Shown here one piece after another: positions 48,115 to 58,834 of a stretch of DNA of 64,000 nucleotides; within the stretch, counting starts at the first letter, position 1; each line of letters opens with the position of its first letter. The stretch spans positions 64,001-128,000 of the IMG/VR virus record IMGVR_UViG_3300034111_001103, one strand, 5' to 3'. The notes below the pieces were generated by a model. That model made no database searches, was not told where the DNA came from, and saw nothing but the letters and a program-made list of their open reading frames with translations. Source of the stretch: a virus. The position numbers and the translations under genes are program-made.

Positions 48115-49152
48115 ATGGCAAAAGAAGTAAAAAAAGAACAAAATATTGATGGTTTTCAATCAGAAATTGAAAAATTATTTGGGAAAGGAAGTATTATAAC
48201 AGCAAATGAAGAAATTCCTCCTGGAGATATTATTCCTTTAACCAGTTTAACATTATGTAATGCTTTGGGTAAAGGAGGATTTGCTAAAAATAAAATTATA
48301 GAAATTATTGGTTGGGAAAGTGCAGGAAAAAGTACTCTATCTTGTGATGCTATAGCAAATGATCAAAAAACATATGGAGATAATTGTCTTTTAATAGATA
48401 AAGAAAATAGTTTTGATAAATTTTATGCTGAAAGATTAGGAGTAAATTTAGATAAACTACAATTAGCCTATCCTAATTCTTTAGAAGATTGTTATAGTTT
48501 AATAGAAAAAGCACTAGACTCTAGACTTTTTGGTTTAATTGTAGTAGATTCTTTAACTTCTTTTCAACCTCAAGCAAGTTTAGATAATCCTGGAGGTGCT
48601 ATGGGTAAAGAAGCTAGAATTAATTCTGATAGAATGAGAATGGTTAATGATAAAGTTAGAAACTCTAATTGTTGTGTAGTATTTATTAATCAAATTAGAG
48701 AGAAGATAGGGATATTATTTGGAAGTCCAGAAACTACATCAGGAGGTAACGCATTAAAATTTTATGCTCATGTTAGAATTATGATTAGAAGAAAAGAAAT
48801 AAAAGCTGAAAATCAAACTAATACTATGCACTTTAAAATCATTAAAAATAAATTAGCTCCTCCTATGAAAGAAGCAGAAACTACTATTATTTGGGGTAAA
48901 GGTTTTGATAAAGAAAGTGAAATATTTTATTTAGCTAAAGATTTTGAAATTATTAAAAAACATGGTAAAAAAGTTACTTATAATGGGGAAATATTTGAAT
49001 TAAGTGATAAAGATGCTATGGATGAATATTATGCCTATTTAGATGAAAATCCTGACATTAAAAAAGAAATAGTAGATAAAGTGTTAGATAGATTAAATAA
49101 CCCAATAACAACAGAAGAAAATGGACAAATTAGTGAGGAAAAAGTACTTTAA
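48115..49152 (+). CDS. recA: RecA recombinase
   Basis: GWESAGKST, VVDS, FINQIREKIG..FGSPETTSGGNALKFYA, KNKLAPP. Confidence 0.95.
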   Translation: MAKEVKKEQNIDGFQSEIEKLFGKGSIITANEEIPPGDIIPLTSLTLCNALGKGGFAKNKIIEIIGWESAGKSTLSCDAIANDQKTYGDNCLLIDKENSFDKFYAERLGVNLDKLQLAYPNSLEDCYSLIEKALDSRLFGLIVVDSLTSFQPQASLDNPGGAMGKEARINSDRMRMVNDKVRNSNCCVVFINQIREKIGILFGSPETTSGGNALKFYAHVRIMIRRKEIKAENQTNTMHFKIIKNKLAPPMKEAETTIIWGKGFDKESEIFYLAKDFEIIKKHGKKVTYNGEIFELSDKDAMDEYYAYLDENPDIKKEIVDKVLDRLNNPITTEENGQISEEKVL

Positions 49153-49360
49153 TGACTTAATAAATTTAAATGGTTCTAAAAATATGTTTAATTTTGGTTA
49201 CTTTAAAAATATAAGTTATAATGATAATGAATTTAGAAGATTATGCAACTATGTTAATCAAAAGTTTAGAGATATAGGAACTTTTTTAGATAAAGAAGAT
49301 GTTAATGATATAGAATTATTAAAAGAATCTAGAGAACAGGGATTAGAAAAAGAAGATTAG
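49121..49360 (+). CDS. hypothetical protein
   Basis: ORF track. Confidence 0.55.
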   Translation: MDKLVRKKYFNDLINLNGSKNMFNFGYFKNISYNDNEFRRLCNYVNQKFRDIGTFLDKEDVNDIELLKESREQGLEKED

Positions 49361-49367
49361 AAAATAT

Positions 49368-49973
49368 ATGATAGAAGAAAGAAAAAAAGTAAATTTACAT
49401 AGTCTTAGATATAATCTGGCTACTAAATACTTGATAAATACCTTAGATATTAATTCTAAAGGGGTTACTTTTAAGTTATTGAAAGAATTAGGATTTGTTA
49501 ATGCTTATCTTATAGATGTTGGATATGATCATAAAGTATCTGATACTTTAACTTTAATATTTTCTATTCCTAACTCTTTCAAAGATAATTTCTTTAACTT
49601 TATTAAAGAGTTAGAAAAAGATGTACCTAATTATCTTTTACATTATGAAATAGATATTAATACTTATGGGGTTCTTTTTAAAATATCTGAAAAATATAAA
49701 TATATAATACCTTTATTTTTAGAGGGTAAATATTCTAAATTTGGTAAAGGATATGCTGATTTTTTTAAAGAAGTTAGTGGAGGAAAAGTTAACTATTTAT
49801 CACAATATAAGATTATCCTAAAAGACAAGGATTATCAATATGCTTTAGAAAATAAAATAGGAGCAGATATAGGAGAACTAGATGATAGAGAATTAGATAG
49901 TTCTCCTGATGAAAAAGATTATATATTTGATTATGAACAACTTATAAAAGAACAAGAAAATGCAAGTAGATAA
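49368..49973 (+). CDS. hypothetical phage protein
   Basis: GFVNAYL.D..F.EGKYSK motif. Confidence 0.75.
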   Translation: MIEERKKVNLHSLRYNLATKYLINTLDINSKGVTFKLLKELGFVNAYLIDVGYDHKVSDTLTLIFSIPNSFKDNFFNFIKELEKDVPNYLLHYEIDINTYGVLFKISEKYKYIIPLFLEGKYSKFGKGYADFFKEVSGGKVNYLSQYKIILKDKDYQYALENKIGADIGELDDRELDSSPDEKDYIFDYEQLIKEQENASR

Positions 49974-50631
49974 CAAAGAAAACTTAATACTAAACATTAA
50001 TAATAAGACACAACTATATTCTGAACAAGAAGTTAAAAAAGCTTTAGAAGAATATGAAAAAAACAAAATAGCTACTAGTCAGGTTAGTTTTTGTGCTAAT
50101 CATGATAGAGATACTCAAGAAGCTATTAATGAATATTATAAAGCTCCTGAACAAGTAGTTTGGGATGCTAGACCTGGTATTAAAATGAGTAATGCTTACT
50201 TTCCAACAGCAATTCCAACAGCAAATTGGATAACTACACATACAGCAGAAAGAATTAAAACAGACCCTGTTGTAGAAGCTGTAAAACATGACAAAGATAA
50301 AGTTAAAATGGAATTGTTACCTCCTTATAGTTTAGAAAAGATTGCTAAAGTATTTACTTTTGGAGCTAATAAATATGAAGATTGGAATTATCTTAAAGGA
50401 GATGGGTTAAAATTAAGTAGAGTTTATGGTTCTTGTTTAAGACATTTAAATTCCTGGTATAAAGGAGAAGAATTAGATCCTGAAACAGGAGAAAATCATT
50501 TAATTCATGCAGGATGTTGTATTATTATGCTCATAGAACTAATAAATGCTAAAAACAATGATGATAGACCTAAACATTATGTAAAAGATAATAAAATAAG
50601 TAATTTATTAAATGTACATGAAATGGATTAA
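49960..50631 (+). CDS. dATP/dGTP diphosphohydrolase-like protein (DUF5664 type)
   Basis: K.D..K..LLP..V.TFGA.KY..NY..RHL..GE..DPETG..HL.HA. Confidence 0.85.
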   Translation: MQVDNKENLILNINNKTQLYSEQEVKKALEEYEKNKIATSQVSFCANHDRDTQEAINEYYKAPEQVVWDARPGIKMSNAYFPTAIPTANWITTHTAERIKTDPVVEAVKHDKDKVKMELLPPYSLEKIAKVFTFGANKYEDWNYLKGDGLKLSRVYGSCLRHLNSWYKGEELDPETGENHLIHAGCCIIMLIELINAKNNDDRPKHYVKDNKISNLLNVHEMD

Positions 50632-50634
50632 AAA

Positions 50635-51315
50635 ATGGAAAAAATACAAGTTATAAGTGATACACATGGATTTCACAATCAAGTATTTATACAAGATAAT
50701 GTAGATTGTATTATACATTGTGGAGATAGTACTAATTATTATGATATTTATCATAATCAACCAGAATTTGATGATTTTATTAGTTGGTATTCTACTATAA
50801 ATGTAGAACATAAAATTTTAATACCAGGCAATCATGATTCATGGAGTATGAAAAAATATAATATTGATAAAGTAAAAAGTTTAGGTATTATCTATTTAGA
50901 ACATGAATATTATAAATTAGAAGGTTTAAAGATATTTGGTTCTCCTTATACTCCTACATTTGGAAATTGGCATCATATGAAAGATAGAGCTAAATTATTT
51001 AGATATTGGGAAGAATTAGAAGAAAATATAGATATTCTTATAACTCATGGACCTCCTTATGGTATTTTAGATTTATCAGAAAACAGAGATGGTCAATTAG
51101 AAAATTGTGGAGATAAAGCTCTTTTTAAGAAAATATTAAAAGTACAACCTAAATATCATTGCTTTGGTCATATTCACAACAATAATAATTGTTATAATCA
51201 AGGTACTAGAACTATTCAAGGTTGTAAAACTACTTTTATAAATTGTTCTATGGTAGAAGATGGTAAATTTAGTAAAGGTTTAATAAATAATGGATTAATA
51301 ATTAATTTAAAATAG
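50635..51315 (+). CDS. calcineurin-like metallophosphoesterase
   Basis: SDTH, HCGD, GNHD, THGPP, GHIH. Confidence 0.9.
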   Translation: MEKIQVISDTHGFHNQVFIQDNVDCIIHCGDSTNYYDIYHNQPEFDDFISWYSTINVEHKILIPGNHDSWSMKKYNIDKVKSLGIIYLEHEYYKLEGLKIFGSPYTPTFGNWHHMKDRAKLFRYWEELEENIDILITHGPPYGILDLSENRDGQLENCGDKALFKKILKVQPKYHCFGHIHNNNNCYNQGTRTIQGCKTTFINCSMVEDGKFSKGLINNGLIINLK

Positions 51316-51318
51316 AAT

Positions 51319-51777
51319 ATGAAAGTAAAAATAAAGAAACTACACAAAGATGCAGTAATACCTAAATATGCTAAACCTGGAGATGCTGGAATGGATTTAA
51401 CTGCTATAGAAATTAGTTATGATAATAATGGAAATATAGTTTATAGAACAGGATTATCTTTTGAAATACCTGCTGGGTTTTTTATGATGCTTGTACCAAG
51501 AAGCTCTAATTCTAAAACAAATTTAATGCTCACTAATCATTGTGGAATAGTTGATTCTGGATATAGAGGAGAAGTAATGTTTAAATATAAACCTTATAAA
51601 TGGAATGATAATTCCCAAGAATCTTTTTTAGAAATGGTAAAATTTGAAACTTATAAAATAGGGGATAGAGTAGGTCAAGGAATTATACTTCCTTATCCTC
51701 AAATAGAATTTGAAGAAGTAGAAGAATTATCTGTAACTGAAAGAAACACAGGAGGGTATGGTAGCAGTGGTGCTTAG
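51319..51777 (+). CDS. dut: trimeric dUTPase
   Basis: AGMDL, PRSS, GIVDSGYRGE, RNTGGYGSSG. Confidence 0.95.
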   Translation: MKVKIKKLHKDAVIPKYAKPGDAGMDLTAIEISYDNNGNIVYRTGLSFEIPAGFFMMLVPRSSNSKTNLMLTNHCGIVDSGYRGEVMFKYKPYKWNDNSQESFLEMVKFETYKIGDRVGQGIILPYPQIEFEEVEELSVTERNTGGYGSSGA

Positions 51778-51875
51778 TTACATAAAACAATTATTACCTA
51801 AAAAAGTAATAATTACAAATCAAAATTTAAAAAAATTAGAAATATTATATAACAAAGAAATAAATAAATTAAGGT

Positions 51876-53618
51876 ATGGTAAAAAAAGTATTTAGGACAG
51901 ATTTTAGTGAAAGTATATTCAATTTTAAGTATAAGCATGAAAATGCTGAAACTTGGGAAGAATTAAGTAGAACTTTAATAGAAGATGTTTGTAGAGAATA
52001 TTTATCTAAAGAAGAAAAAGAAGAACTTATAGAAATGCATAGCAATATGGAATTTATTGCTGGAGGTAGATACTTATATTATGCAGGAAGAATTAATAAA
52101 TTTTTTAATAATTGTTATCTATTAAAAAGTTTAGAAGATTCTAGAGAAGATTGGGCTGATTTATCTTGGAGAGCTGAAAGCTGTTTAATGACTGGAGGAG
52201 GTATAGGTAATGATTATTCTATTTATAGAAGTAAAAATACACCTATTAAAAGAACAGGAGGTAAAGCTTCAGGTCCTATTTCTAAAATGAAAATGATTAA
52301 TGAAATAGGAAGAGAAGTAATGCAAGGGGGTAGTAGAAGAAGTGCTATATATGCTTCTTTAAACTGGAAACATAGTGATGCTGGGGAATTTTTACATTGT
52401 AAAGATTGGAAATCTATTCCTGTAGCAGGAGCTTTTGATGAAAATGGAAATCAATTATCTGTAGGAGACTTAAAAGAAAAAGATTTTAATTATCCTGCTC
52501 CTTTAGATATGACTAACATATCTTTAAATTATGATAATAAATTCTTAGAAGAAATATATGATAAAACTTTTGAAGAATTATTACAAATTTATAAAGAAGG
52601 AGGTAAAAATGCTATTTTTAATTTACCTATTATTAAAATTCCTATTACTTTTTTAGAAAATTGTAGACAAGCTTTAAAAACAGGGGAACCTGGAATGAGT
52701 TTTAATTTTTTTGAAAAAGTATTAGAGACCCTCAGAAATGCATGTTGTGAAGTAACAAGTGAAGATGATAGTGATGTTTGTAATTTAGCTAGTATTAATA
52801 TGTCTAGAATAACTACTAAAGAAAGATTTGAAAGAGTTTGTTATTTAGTAGGTAAATTTTTACTTTGTGGTACTATGGTAGCAGAATTACCTTATCAAAA
52901 AGTAATAGATGTTAGAGAAAAAAATAGAAGATTAGGTATGGGATTAATGGGTGTACATGAATGGTTACTACAAAGAAATAGTGGATATGAAGTAACTCCA
53001 GAATTACATAGTTGGTTAACTGTTTATAAAGAACAATCAGAAGTTGGAGCTAATGAATTAGCTATTAAATTAAATATAAATAAACCTGTTGCTTATAGAG
53101 CTATTGCTCCTACTGGGACTATAGGTATTATGGCAGGAACTACTACAGGTATTGAACCTTTATTTGCTGTAGCTTATAAAAGAAGATATTTAAAAGGACA
53201 AAAAGAATGGCATTATCAATATGTAATAGATGGTACAGCTAAACTTTTAATTAAAGAATATGGAATAGATCCTTATAAAATAGAAACAGCTTTAAGTCTA
53301 GCTAATGATTATGAAAGAAGAATTAAATTTCAAGCTGATATTCAAGATTATGTAGATATGGCAATTTCATCTACAATTAATCTCCCTAAATGGGGTACTT
53401 CATTAAATAATGATACTAAAGTAGATGATTTTGCTCATGTACTAGCTAAATATGCAATTAGATTAAGAGGTTTTACTTGTTATCCTGATGGAAGTAGAGG
53501 TGGTCAACCTTTAACTATTGTAGATTATAAAGAAGCTATTTCTCAAGAAGGGCAAGAATTTAAAGAAGAATTCTTTGATGTCTGTGACCTGACTAAAGGG
53601 GGAACTTGTGGTATTTAA
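51876..53618 (+). CDS. nrdJ: class II (B12-dependent) ribonucleotide reductase
   Basis: NCY, GGSRRSA, NACCE, CNL, APTGT, C-terminal Cys pair; no R2 subunit gene nearby. Confidence 0.85.
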   Translation: MVKKVFRTDFSESIFNFKYKHENAETWEELSRTLIEDVCREYLSKEEKEELIEMHSNMEFIAGGRYLYYAGRINKFFNNCYLLKSLEDSREDWADLSWRAESCLMTGGGIGNDYSIYRSKNTPIKRTGGKASGPISKMKMINEIGREVMQGGSRRSAIYASLNWKHSDAGEFLHCKDWKSIPVAGAFDENGNQLSVGDLKEKDFNYPAPLDMTNISLNYDNKFLEEIYDKTFEELLQIYKEGGKNAIFNLPIIKIPITFLENCRQALKTGEPGMSFNFFEKVLETLRNACCEVTSEDDSDVCNLASINMSRITTKERFERVCYLVGKFLLCGTMVAELPYQKVIDVREKNRRLGMGLMGVHEWLLQRNSGYEVTPELHSWLTVYKEQSEVGANELAIKLNINKPVAYRAIAPTGTIGIMAGTTTGIEPLFAVAYKRRYLKGQKEWHYQYVIDGTAKLLIKEYGIDPYKIETALSLANDYERRIKFQADIQDYVDMAISSTINLPKWGTSLNNDTKVDDFAHVLAKYAIRLRGFTCYPDGSRGGQPLTIVDYKEAISQEGQEFKEEFFDVCDLTKGGTCGI

Positions 53619-53636
53619 ATTAAATAAATAAATATA

Positions 53637-53942
53637 GTGATATTAACAGAAAAAGAAATAAGAGATCTTTTATCTAAAGATTTTAAACAAGTAAAGAAAA
53701 CTTCTTCAGGAGAAATATTTAATCAATATACTTATGATGAAAAAGAATGTTTAAATCTTATAGAGAGTTATATTTATGAAAGAAAAGGTCAGAAGATAGG
53801 GGATATTCAATCCCCTTCTTTTGCTCTTAAACAACATGGACAATTAGGAGGATTAGTTGCTCAACAAAGATATAACAAAATGGAAATAGCTTTTGATAAA
53901 GCTTTACAATTTTATAATGAAAAATATAATAAATATGGCTAA
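53637..53942 (+). CDS. hypothetical protein
   Basis: ORF track. Confidence 0.6.
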   Translation: MILTEKEIRDLLSKDFKQVKKTSSGEIFNQYTYDEKECLNLIESYIYERKGQKIGDIQSPSFALKQHGQLGGLVAQQRYNKMEIAFDKALQFYNEKYNKYG

Positions 53943-54132
53943 AAAAAATCAATTAGAAGTAAAAGTATATACTATTTTAGAGGAATGTGTAGAAAGTGGT
54001 ATTAATTGGGGTTTCTTGAAAGCTTTTAAACATGATGATGATCCTTCTGAAGATAAAATAAAAGAAGAAATATTAAGGGCTATTATGTTATCTATTAGTG
54101 AAAAGTTTAATTTTCCTGAATTTAATGATTAG
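53935..54132 (+). CDS. hypothetical protein
   Basis: Likely start MAKK; ILEECVE.GI..G..KAFKH.D.P. Confidence 0.65.
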   Translation: MAKKNQLEVKVYTILEECVESGINWGFLKAFKHDDDPSEDKIKEEILRAIMLSISEKFNFPEFND

Positions 54133-54583
54133 GAAAAAAAAGACCTGTTTATCTTGTAATACTGAACAATTTATTTTTTCTAAAAATAGGTGCAAATCAT
54201 GTGCTTCTAAAGAAGATAGTAAACCTATTAAAAAAGTATCTACTAAACAAACAGAAAAGAATAAAGATAAAGCTTTAAAAACTAAAGAGTTACATTCTTG
54301 GTTTTTAACTTTATTTGATAAACTGAAAGAAAAAGATGATAAAGGTTATTTTGTAAGATGTTTTGAAACAAGTTTTAAAATGTATGAAGATAATTATAAA
54401 TTTAACAGTTGTATATATTCACATTATTTACCTAAAAGTACATACCCACAATATGCTTTAGAAGAATGGAATATAGAATTAGTTACTCCAGATACACACA
54501 GTCAATGGGAGCAAGATCATACAAAATGCCCTAAAATGTATAAGAAATACTTGGAATTAAAAGAAAAAGTATTATATTTGTAA
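54125..54583 (+). CDS. NinG/HNH-like zinc nuclease-related protein
   Basis: CxxC..CxxC; SH.LPK..YP..WNI..H. Confidence 0.6.
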   Translation: MIRKKKTCLSCNTEQFIFSKNRCKSCASKEDSKPIKKVSTKQTEKNKDKALKTKELHSWFLTLFDKLKEKDDKGYFVRCFETSFKMYEDNYKFNSCIYSHYLPKSTYPQYALEEWNIELVTPDTHSQWEQDHTKCPKMYKKYLELKEKVLYL

Positions 54584-54594
54584 ATAAATAATAT

Positions 54595-54801
54595 ATGGTA
54601 ACAAGTCAAATTAAATATAAAAACTTTGTAAAAGGTAGTAAAAATACTTTAGCAGGTAAAGAAATGGAAGCTAAAATAGTAGATAAAATAGAAATAGAAG
54701 GTACTACTCATTATTTAGTACAAAATAATAAAGGAGAATTAATTATTATTCTACCTAATCAATTAACTAAAATAGTAAATACAAAAAATGTTAACACCTA
54801 A
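54595..54801 (+). CDS. hypothetical protein
   Basis: ORF after a TATATTTG box at 54573. Confidence 0.6.
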   Translation: MVTSQIKYKNFVKGSKNTLAGKEMEAKIVDKIEIEGTTHYLVQNNKGELIIILPNQLTKIVNTKNVNT

Positions 54802-54950
54802 GAAACAAGCAGAAGAATTAGTAAGAGATTTTGGTAATATAGGTTTAGCTTTATTGTGTGTTAGATATATATTAAGATCTACTGGAATAACTCATGTTTA
54901 TGATTATTGGATAGAAATAAGAGAAGAATTATTAAAATTAAAAAAAGATA

Positions 54951-56663
54951 ATGAATAAAATAAAAATATTAGCTATAATGGGAGATAATAATCTAAGTGC
55001 TTCTAAGTATCATAGATTATATCTTCCTTTAACAGCCTTAGAAGGTAAAGTAATCAAAGTAGAAGAAGAAGATAAAGAGATAAATGTAGATTTTATAGAT
55101 ACTTTTAATCCTCCTTTAGAAATATTAGAAAAGTATAATATTATTTGGAATAATTTTTCTTGTAATATTCCTAATACTATTATAGGACTTTTACAAAGTA
55201 AAGGTATTATCTTTATAGAAGATGTAGATGATTATTGGGAATTACCTAAAAAGAGCATAATGGTTCCTATAGTAGGTAGAAGTTATGATAATGTACCTAT
55301 TCTTTCTAGTTTAAGTGATGTTACTATTTGTGCTACTGGTACTTTAGGAGTTAGTGTTATTCCTTATAGTAACAATATTTCTATATCCAACAATGATTTA
55401 CCTATAGGAGAAGGACAATTTACTGTAAGAGATAATATTAAAGAAGGAGAAAAGATAGTCATAGGAGTAATAGGTTCTGTATCACATCTTCCTGATTATC
55501 AAAGTATTGCTAATGTTATTAAAAGGATTACTTTAAATAAAGAGATAAAAGAAAAATGTAAATTTGTTATAGCTGGATATGTAGAAAAAGATAAAAATTG
55601 GGATAAAATTGTAGCTATCTTTAGTCAAAATGGATTTGAAGTAGAATTAAGAAATTCTTTACCTTTAGAGAATTATATGGAAGCTTATAAAGGAATTAAT
55701 ATTGTGTTAGCTCCTTTAAGTGATGTAGAATTTAATAGGAAAAAATCGGCTTTAAAGGCTCTTGAGTGCTCTTTATGGAACATTCCTATGATAAGTAACC
55801 TAATGTATGCTGATAAAGAATTTAATGGTGTTATAGTAGCTAAAACTGATAAATCTTGGATAGAAACTATTAGATACCTAATACAAGATGATAACTATGT
55901 AGAAATAGGTAAAAGATTAGGAGAAGTTAACAGAAACTTATCTAATTTTGAAGGTAGAATAGAAAACTTAAGATTATTGGTAGAAGCTAGTATGAATAAA
56001 AAACTAGTATCTGATTTAGAAACTTTAGATATGTATTCTATTAAATATAGGGAAGATCAAAATACTGAATATCAAAGTTATTTAAATCAAAATAAAGAGA
56101 CTTCTTGGAGGTTTGAGTATAATCCCTTGATGAATATAGTACCTAAAGTAGAAAAAGAATATGTAGGAGTATTAAGTTGGAGATTTCTTCAGAAAACAGG
56201 TTTAGCTAAGAATTTACTTTATAATATGATTAAACCTTCTTTAAAAGAAGGCAATGTAGATATGATTAATTTATCTCCTAGAAAATGGTTAAGTGGTAAA
56301 GAATATATGGAGTTTAGTGAAAAACAACATCCTGGACTTGAAAACTTATTAAAATTAATATGTTTAAAATTAGGAGTTATTTATAACCCTAATCCTAAAA
56401 ATATAGTTTACTCTAATTTTTTCATTCTAAAAACTTCTATTTACAAAGAATATGTAGAAGAATGGATTAAACCTGCTTTAGCTTGTTTAGAAGGGGAATA
56501 TTGGACTTTAGCCAACAAAGATGCTAATTATATAGGAGGATTATCTAAAGAAGATTTAAAACTACATACAGGCTTAGATTATTACAATATGATTACTTTT
56601 GTATTAGAAAGATTAATTCTTCAATTTATAGAAACTAAAAAATTAAAAGTAAAAAATGTCTAA
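54951..56663 (+). CDS. GT-B glycosyltransferase fused to a second C-terminal domain
   Basis: DVDDYW, IG.IGS.SH..D, LAPL..FN..KS.LK.LE; C-terminal YSNFFI..FVLER. Confidence 0.8.
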   Translation: MNKIKILAIMGDNNLSASKYHRLYLPLTALEGKVIKVEEEDKEINVDFIDTFNPPLEILEKYNIIWNNFSCNIPNTIIGLLQSKGIIFIEDVDDYWELPKKSIMVPIVGRSYDNVPILSSLSDVTICATGTLGVSVIPYSNNISISNNDLPIGEGQFTVRDNIKEGEKIVIGVIGSVSHLPDYQSIANVIKRITLNKEIKEKCKFVIAGYVEKDKNWDKIVAIFSQNGFEVELRNSLPLENYMEAYKGINIVLAPLSDVEFNRKKSALKALECSLWNIPMISNLMYADKEFNGVIVAKTDKSWIETIRYLIQDDNYVEIGKRLGEVNRNLSNFEGRIENLRLLVEASMNKKLVSDLETLDMYSIKYREDQNTEYQSYLNQNKETSWRFEYNPLMNIVPKVEKEYVGVLSWRFLQKTGLAKNLLYNMIKPSLKEGNVDMINLSPRKWLSGKEYMEFSEKQHPGLENLLKLICLKLGVIYNPNPKNIVYSNFFILKTSIYKEYVEEWIKPALACLEGEYWTLANKDANYIGGLSKEDLKLHTGLDYYNMITFVLERLILQFIETKKLKVKNV

Positions 56664-57096
56664 ACCATTAAGTAGGGAATTTTTGTTGGAAAGAGGTAAA
56701 TGTTGCAAAAATTCTTGTAAAAATTGCCCCTGGGGTTTTGGTAAAAGATTAATAGATCGAATAACAAATTTACAATTAGAGCAAAATTTACTTATGTCAA
56801 AAGTAGATGATTTAATAAATAAAACTAAAAATATGAATAAAAAAAAATATAATTACTCTAGTTATTGTTTAGGGAGTTCAATATCAATAAACAATAAGAA
56901 GTTAAATCATTTAGATTCTTCTCAAGATAACTCATTATTACTACAAGAAACTGAAAAATTATTTAATAAATTACTATTAAAACATGGTTCATTTGAACTT
57001 TATAAAACATTATTACAAGCATATGGAGAATATGAATCTACAGAAGTCTGTGAACAATGTGGTAATTATGATGAAATTATTAATTTAGAAATATAA
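56656..57096 (+). CDS. Cys-rich hypothetical protein
   Basis: LLERGKCC..SC.NCPW N-terminus; C-terminal CxxC. Confidence 0.6.
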   Translation: MSKPLSREFLLERGKCCKNSCKNCPWGFGKRLIDRITNLQLEQNLLMSKVDDLINKTKNMNKKKYNYSSYCLGSSISINNKKLNHLDSSQDNSLLLQETEKLFNKLLLKHGSFELYKTLLQAYGEYESTEVCEQCGNYDEIINLEI

Positions 57097-57102
57097 TAAA
57101 AT

Positions 57103-57558
57103 ATGAATACAGAAGAAAAATACTATGTACCTGATAGAGAAGATTTTAAAGAAGGTTTTGAATATGAAAAACTTTATAATACATACAGTCCTCCAGATTT
57201 TAAATTAACATCTAGTAATTGGCTTAAAGAGACTTTTGATGATTTTACTTCAGAAGAAAATTATCTTTTCAATAGACAACTTATGGATAATAATATAAGA
57301 GTACCTTTTCTAACAAAAGAAGATATTGAAAAAGAAGGTTGGGTATATAATGGTAAATCTATAGATTTATGGTTTTATAAAGAAGGAGAATTTGAAAGAA
57401 CTTCTTATACTGTTTATAAAGTGACATTACATTATAATTTAGAAGATAAATGGTTACTTATTTATTTAAAAGATAATGGAGAAGATGTATTAATATTTCA
57501 AGGTAAGTGTAGATGTATAAATGATTTTAAAACTGTTTGTAAACTATTAAATATATAA
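57103..57558 (+). CDS. hypothetical phage protein, paralog of 736..1191
   Basis: Shared motif blocks with 736..1191. Confidence 0.8.
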   Translation: MNTEEKYYVPDREDFKEGFEYEKLYNTYSPPDFKLTSSNWLKETFDDFTSEENYLFNRQLMDNNIRVPFLTKEDIEKEGWVYNGKSIDLWFYKEGEFERTSYTVYKVTLHYNLEDKWLLIYLKDNGEDVLIFQGKCRCINDFKTVCKLLNI

Positions 57559-57561
57559 AAT

Positions 57562-58254
57562 ATGAATAATATACAAATTTTTGTTATCACATATAACGAG
57601 GAATATATGTTACCTTTCTTTATAAAATGGTATAGAGATAGATTTCCTGATTGTAAAATAGTTGTCTATGATAATATGTCAACAGATAACACAGTACAAA
57701 TAGCTAAAGATAATAATTGTGAAGTGATACTTTATGATACTAATAATCAACTTTCAGACAGTAAATACTTAGAAATAAAGAATAATTGTTGGAAAAATGC
57801 TACAACAGATTGGGTATTAGTGTGTGATGTAGATGAACTATTAGACATTAAACCAGAAGATTTAAATACAGATCAAACATTATTTAAATCTAAAGGTTAT
57901 AATATGTGTAATGTAAATAATGTTGAAGATATATTAACTATTAAACATGGAATAGAAGCTGTACAATATGATAAAATATTATGTTTTAATAAATTATACA
58001 TTAAGGAGATAAACTATACTCCAGGTTGTCATTCTTGTAATCCTATAGGGGATGTTATATATACTTCTAAAAGACCTAAACTATTACATATGAAGTTTAT
58101 GAATGAAGATTTGTTGGTAGAAAAATATAAATCTTATGCTAGTAGACTTTCAGAAGAAAATTTAAAGCAAAATTGGGGTTATCATTACAAATCTGAAGAA
58201 GAAAATATCAAAAGAGATTATCAAAATCACCTTAAACAAGCAAAATTAATATGA
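57562..58254 (+). CDS. family 2 (GT-A) glycosyltransferase
   Basis: YNEE, YDNMSTDNT, WVLVCDVDE. Confidence 0.88.
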   Translation: MNNIQIFVITYNEEYMLPFFIKWYRDRFPDCKIVVYDNMSTDNTVQIAKDNNCEVILYDTNNQLSDSKYLEIKNNCWKNATTDWVLVCDVDELLDIKPEDLNTDQTLFKSKGYNMCNVNNVEDILTIKHGIEAVQYDKILCFNKLYIKEINYTPGCHSCNPIGDVIYTSKRPKLLHMKFMNEDLLVEKYKSYASRLSEENLKQNWGYHYKSEEENIKRDYQNHLKQAKLI

Positions 58255-58823
58255 TAAAACATAACTATAAAGAAATAGAAGGTTGGTTTAATATGGAAGA
58301 CCAATACTTAGAATTATTAGAAAATACTCCAGAAGGAGGAATATTTGTAGAATTAGGAGCTTATAAAGGAAAAAGTACTTCTTTTATAGTAACTGAAATG
58401 GTTAATAGAGGTAAAGACATAAAATTTTTTACAATAGATACTTTTTTAGGAGATAGTGGTTCTACAGATCAAAAAGAAATAGAAGCTTATAAACAAGTAA
58501 ACATTTCTAAAATGTATGAAGAATTTAAAGAAAATACTGAACATTTAGAAGATAAATTTACAGTAATTAAAGACTATTCTTGGGAAGCTGCTAGATTATT
58601 TGAAGATAATAGTATAGATGTTTGTTTTTTAGATGCCAGTCATGCAGAAAATTCAGTTTTTTTAGATCTTCAAGTATGGTATCCAAAAATTAAAAATAAT
58701 GGTATTTTAGCTGGACATGATTATTATGCTTGGACAGGCGTTCAAAATGCTTTTAAAAAATATTTTAAAAAAAATCCAGACAAAATTGAAAACGATTGCT
58801 GGTTTATTAAAATAATTAAATAA
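58251..58823 (+). CDS. class I SAM methyltransferase (Methyltransf_24-like)
   Basis: VELGAYKGKST, IDTF.G, FLDASH, GILAGHDY. Confidence 0.88.
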   Translation: MIKHNYKEIEGWFNMEDQYLELLENTPEGGIFVELGAYKGKSTSFIVTEMVNRGKDIKFFTIDTFLGDSGSTDQKEIEAYKQVNISKMYEEFKENTEHLEDKFTVIKDYSWEAARLFEDNSIDVCFLDASHAENSVFLDLQVWYPKIKNNGILAGHDYYAWTGVQNAFKKYFKKNPDKIENDCWFIKIIK

Positions 58824-58834
58824 TAAGTTAATTC

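Noticed and set aside
49960-50631. Z-base or 7-deazaguanine DNA modification pathway
   Set aside because: Only the diphosphohydrolase is present; no purZ, dpdA or que genes in the window
38275-53618. Inteins or introns in polA, dnaB, recA or nrdJ
   Set aside because: All are of normal length with contiguous motifs
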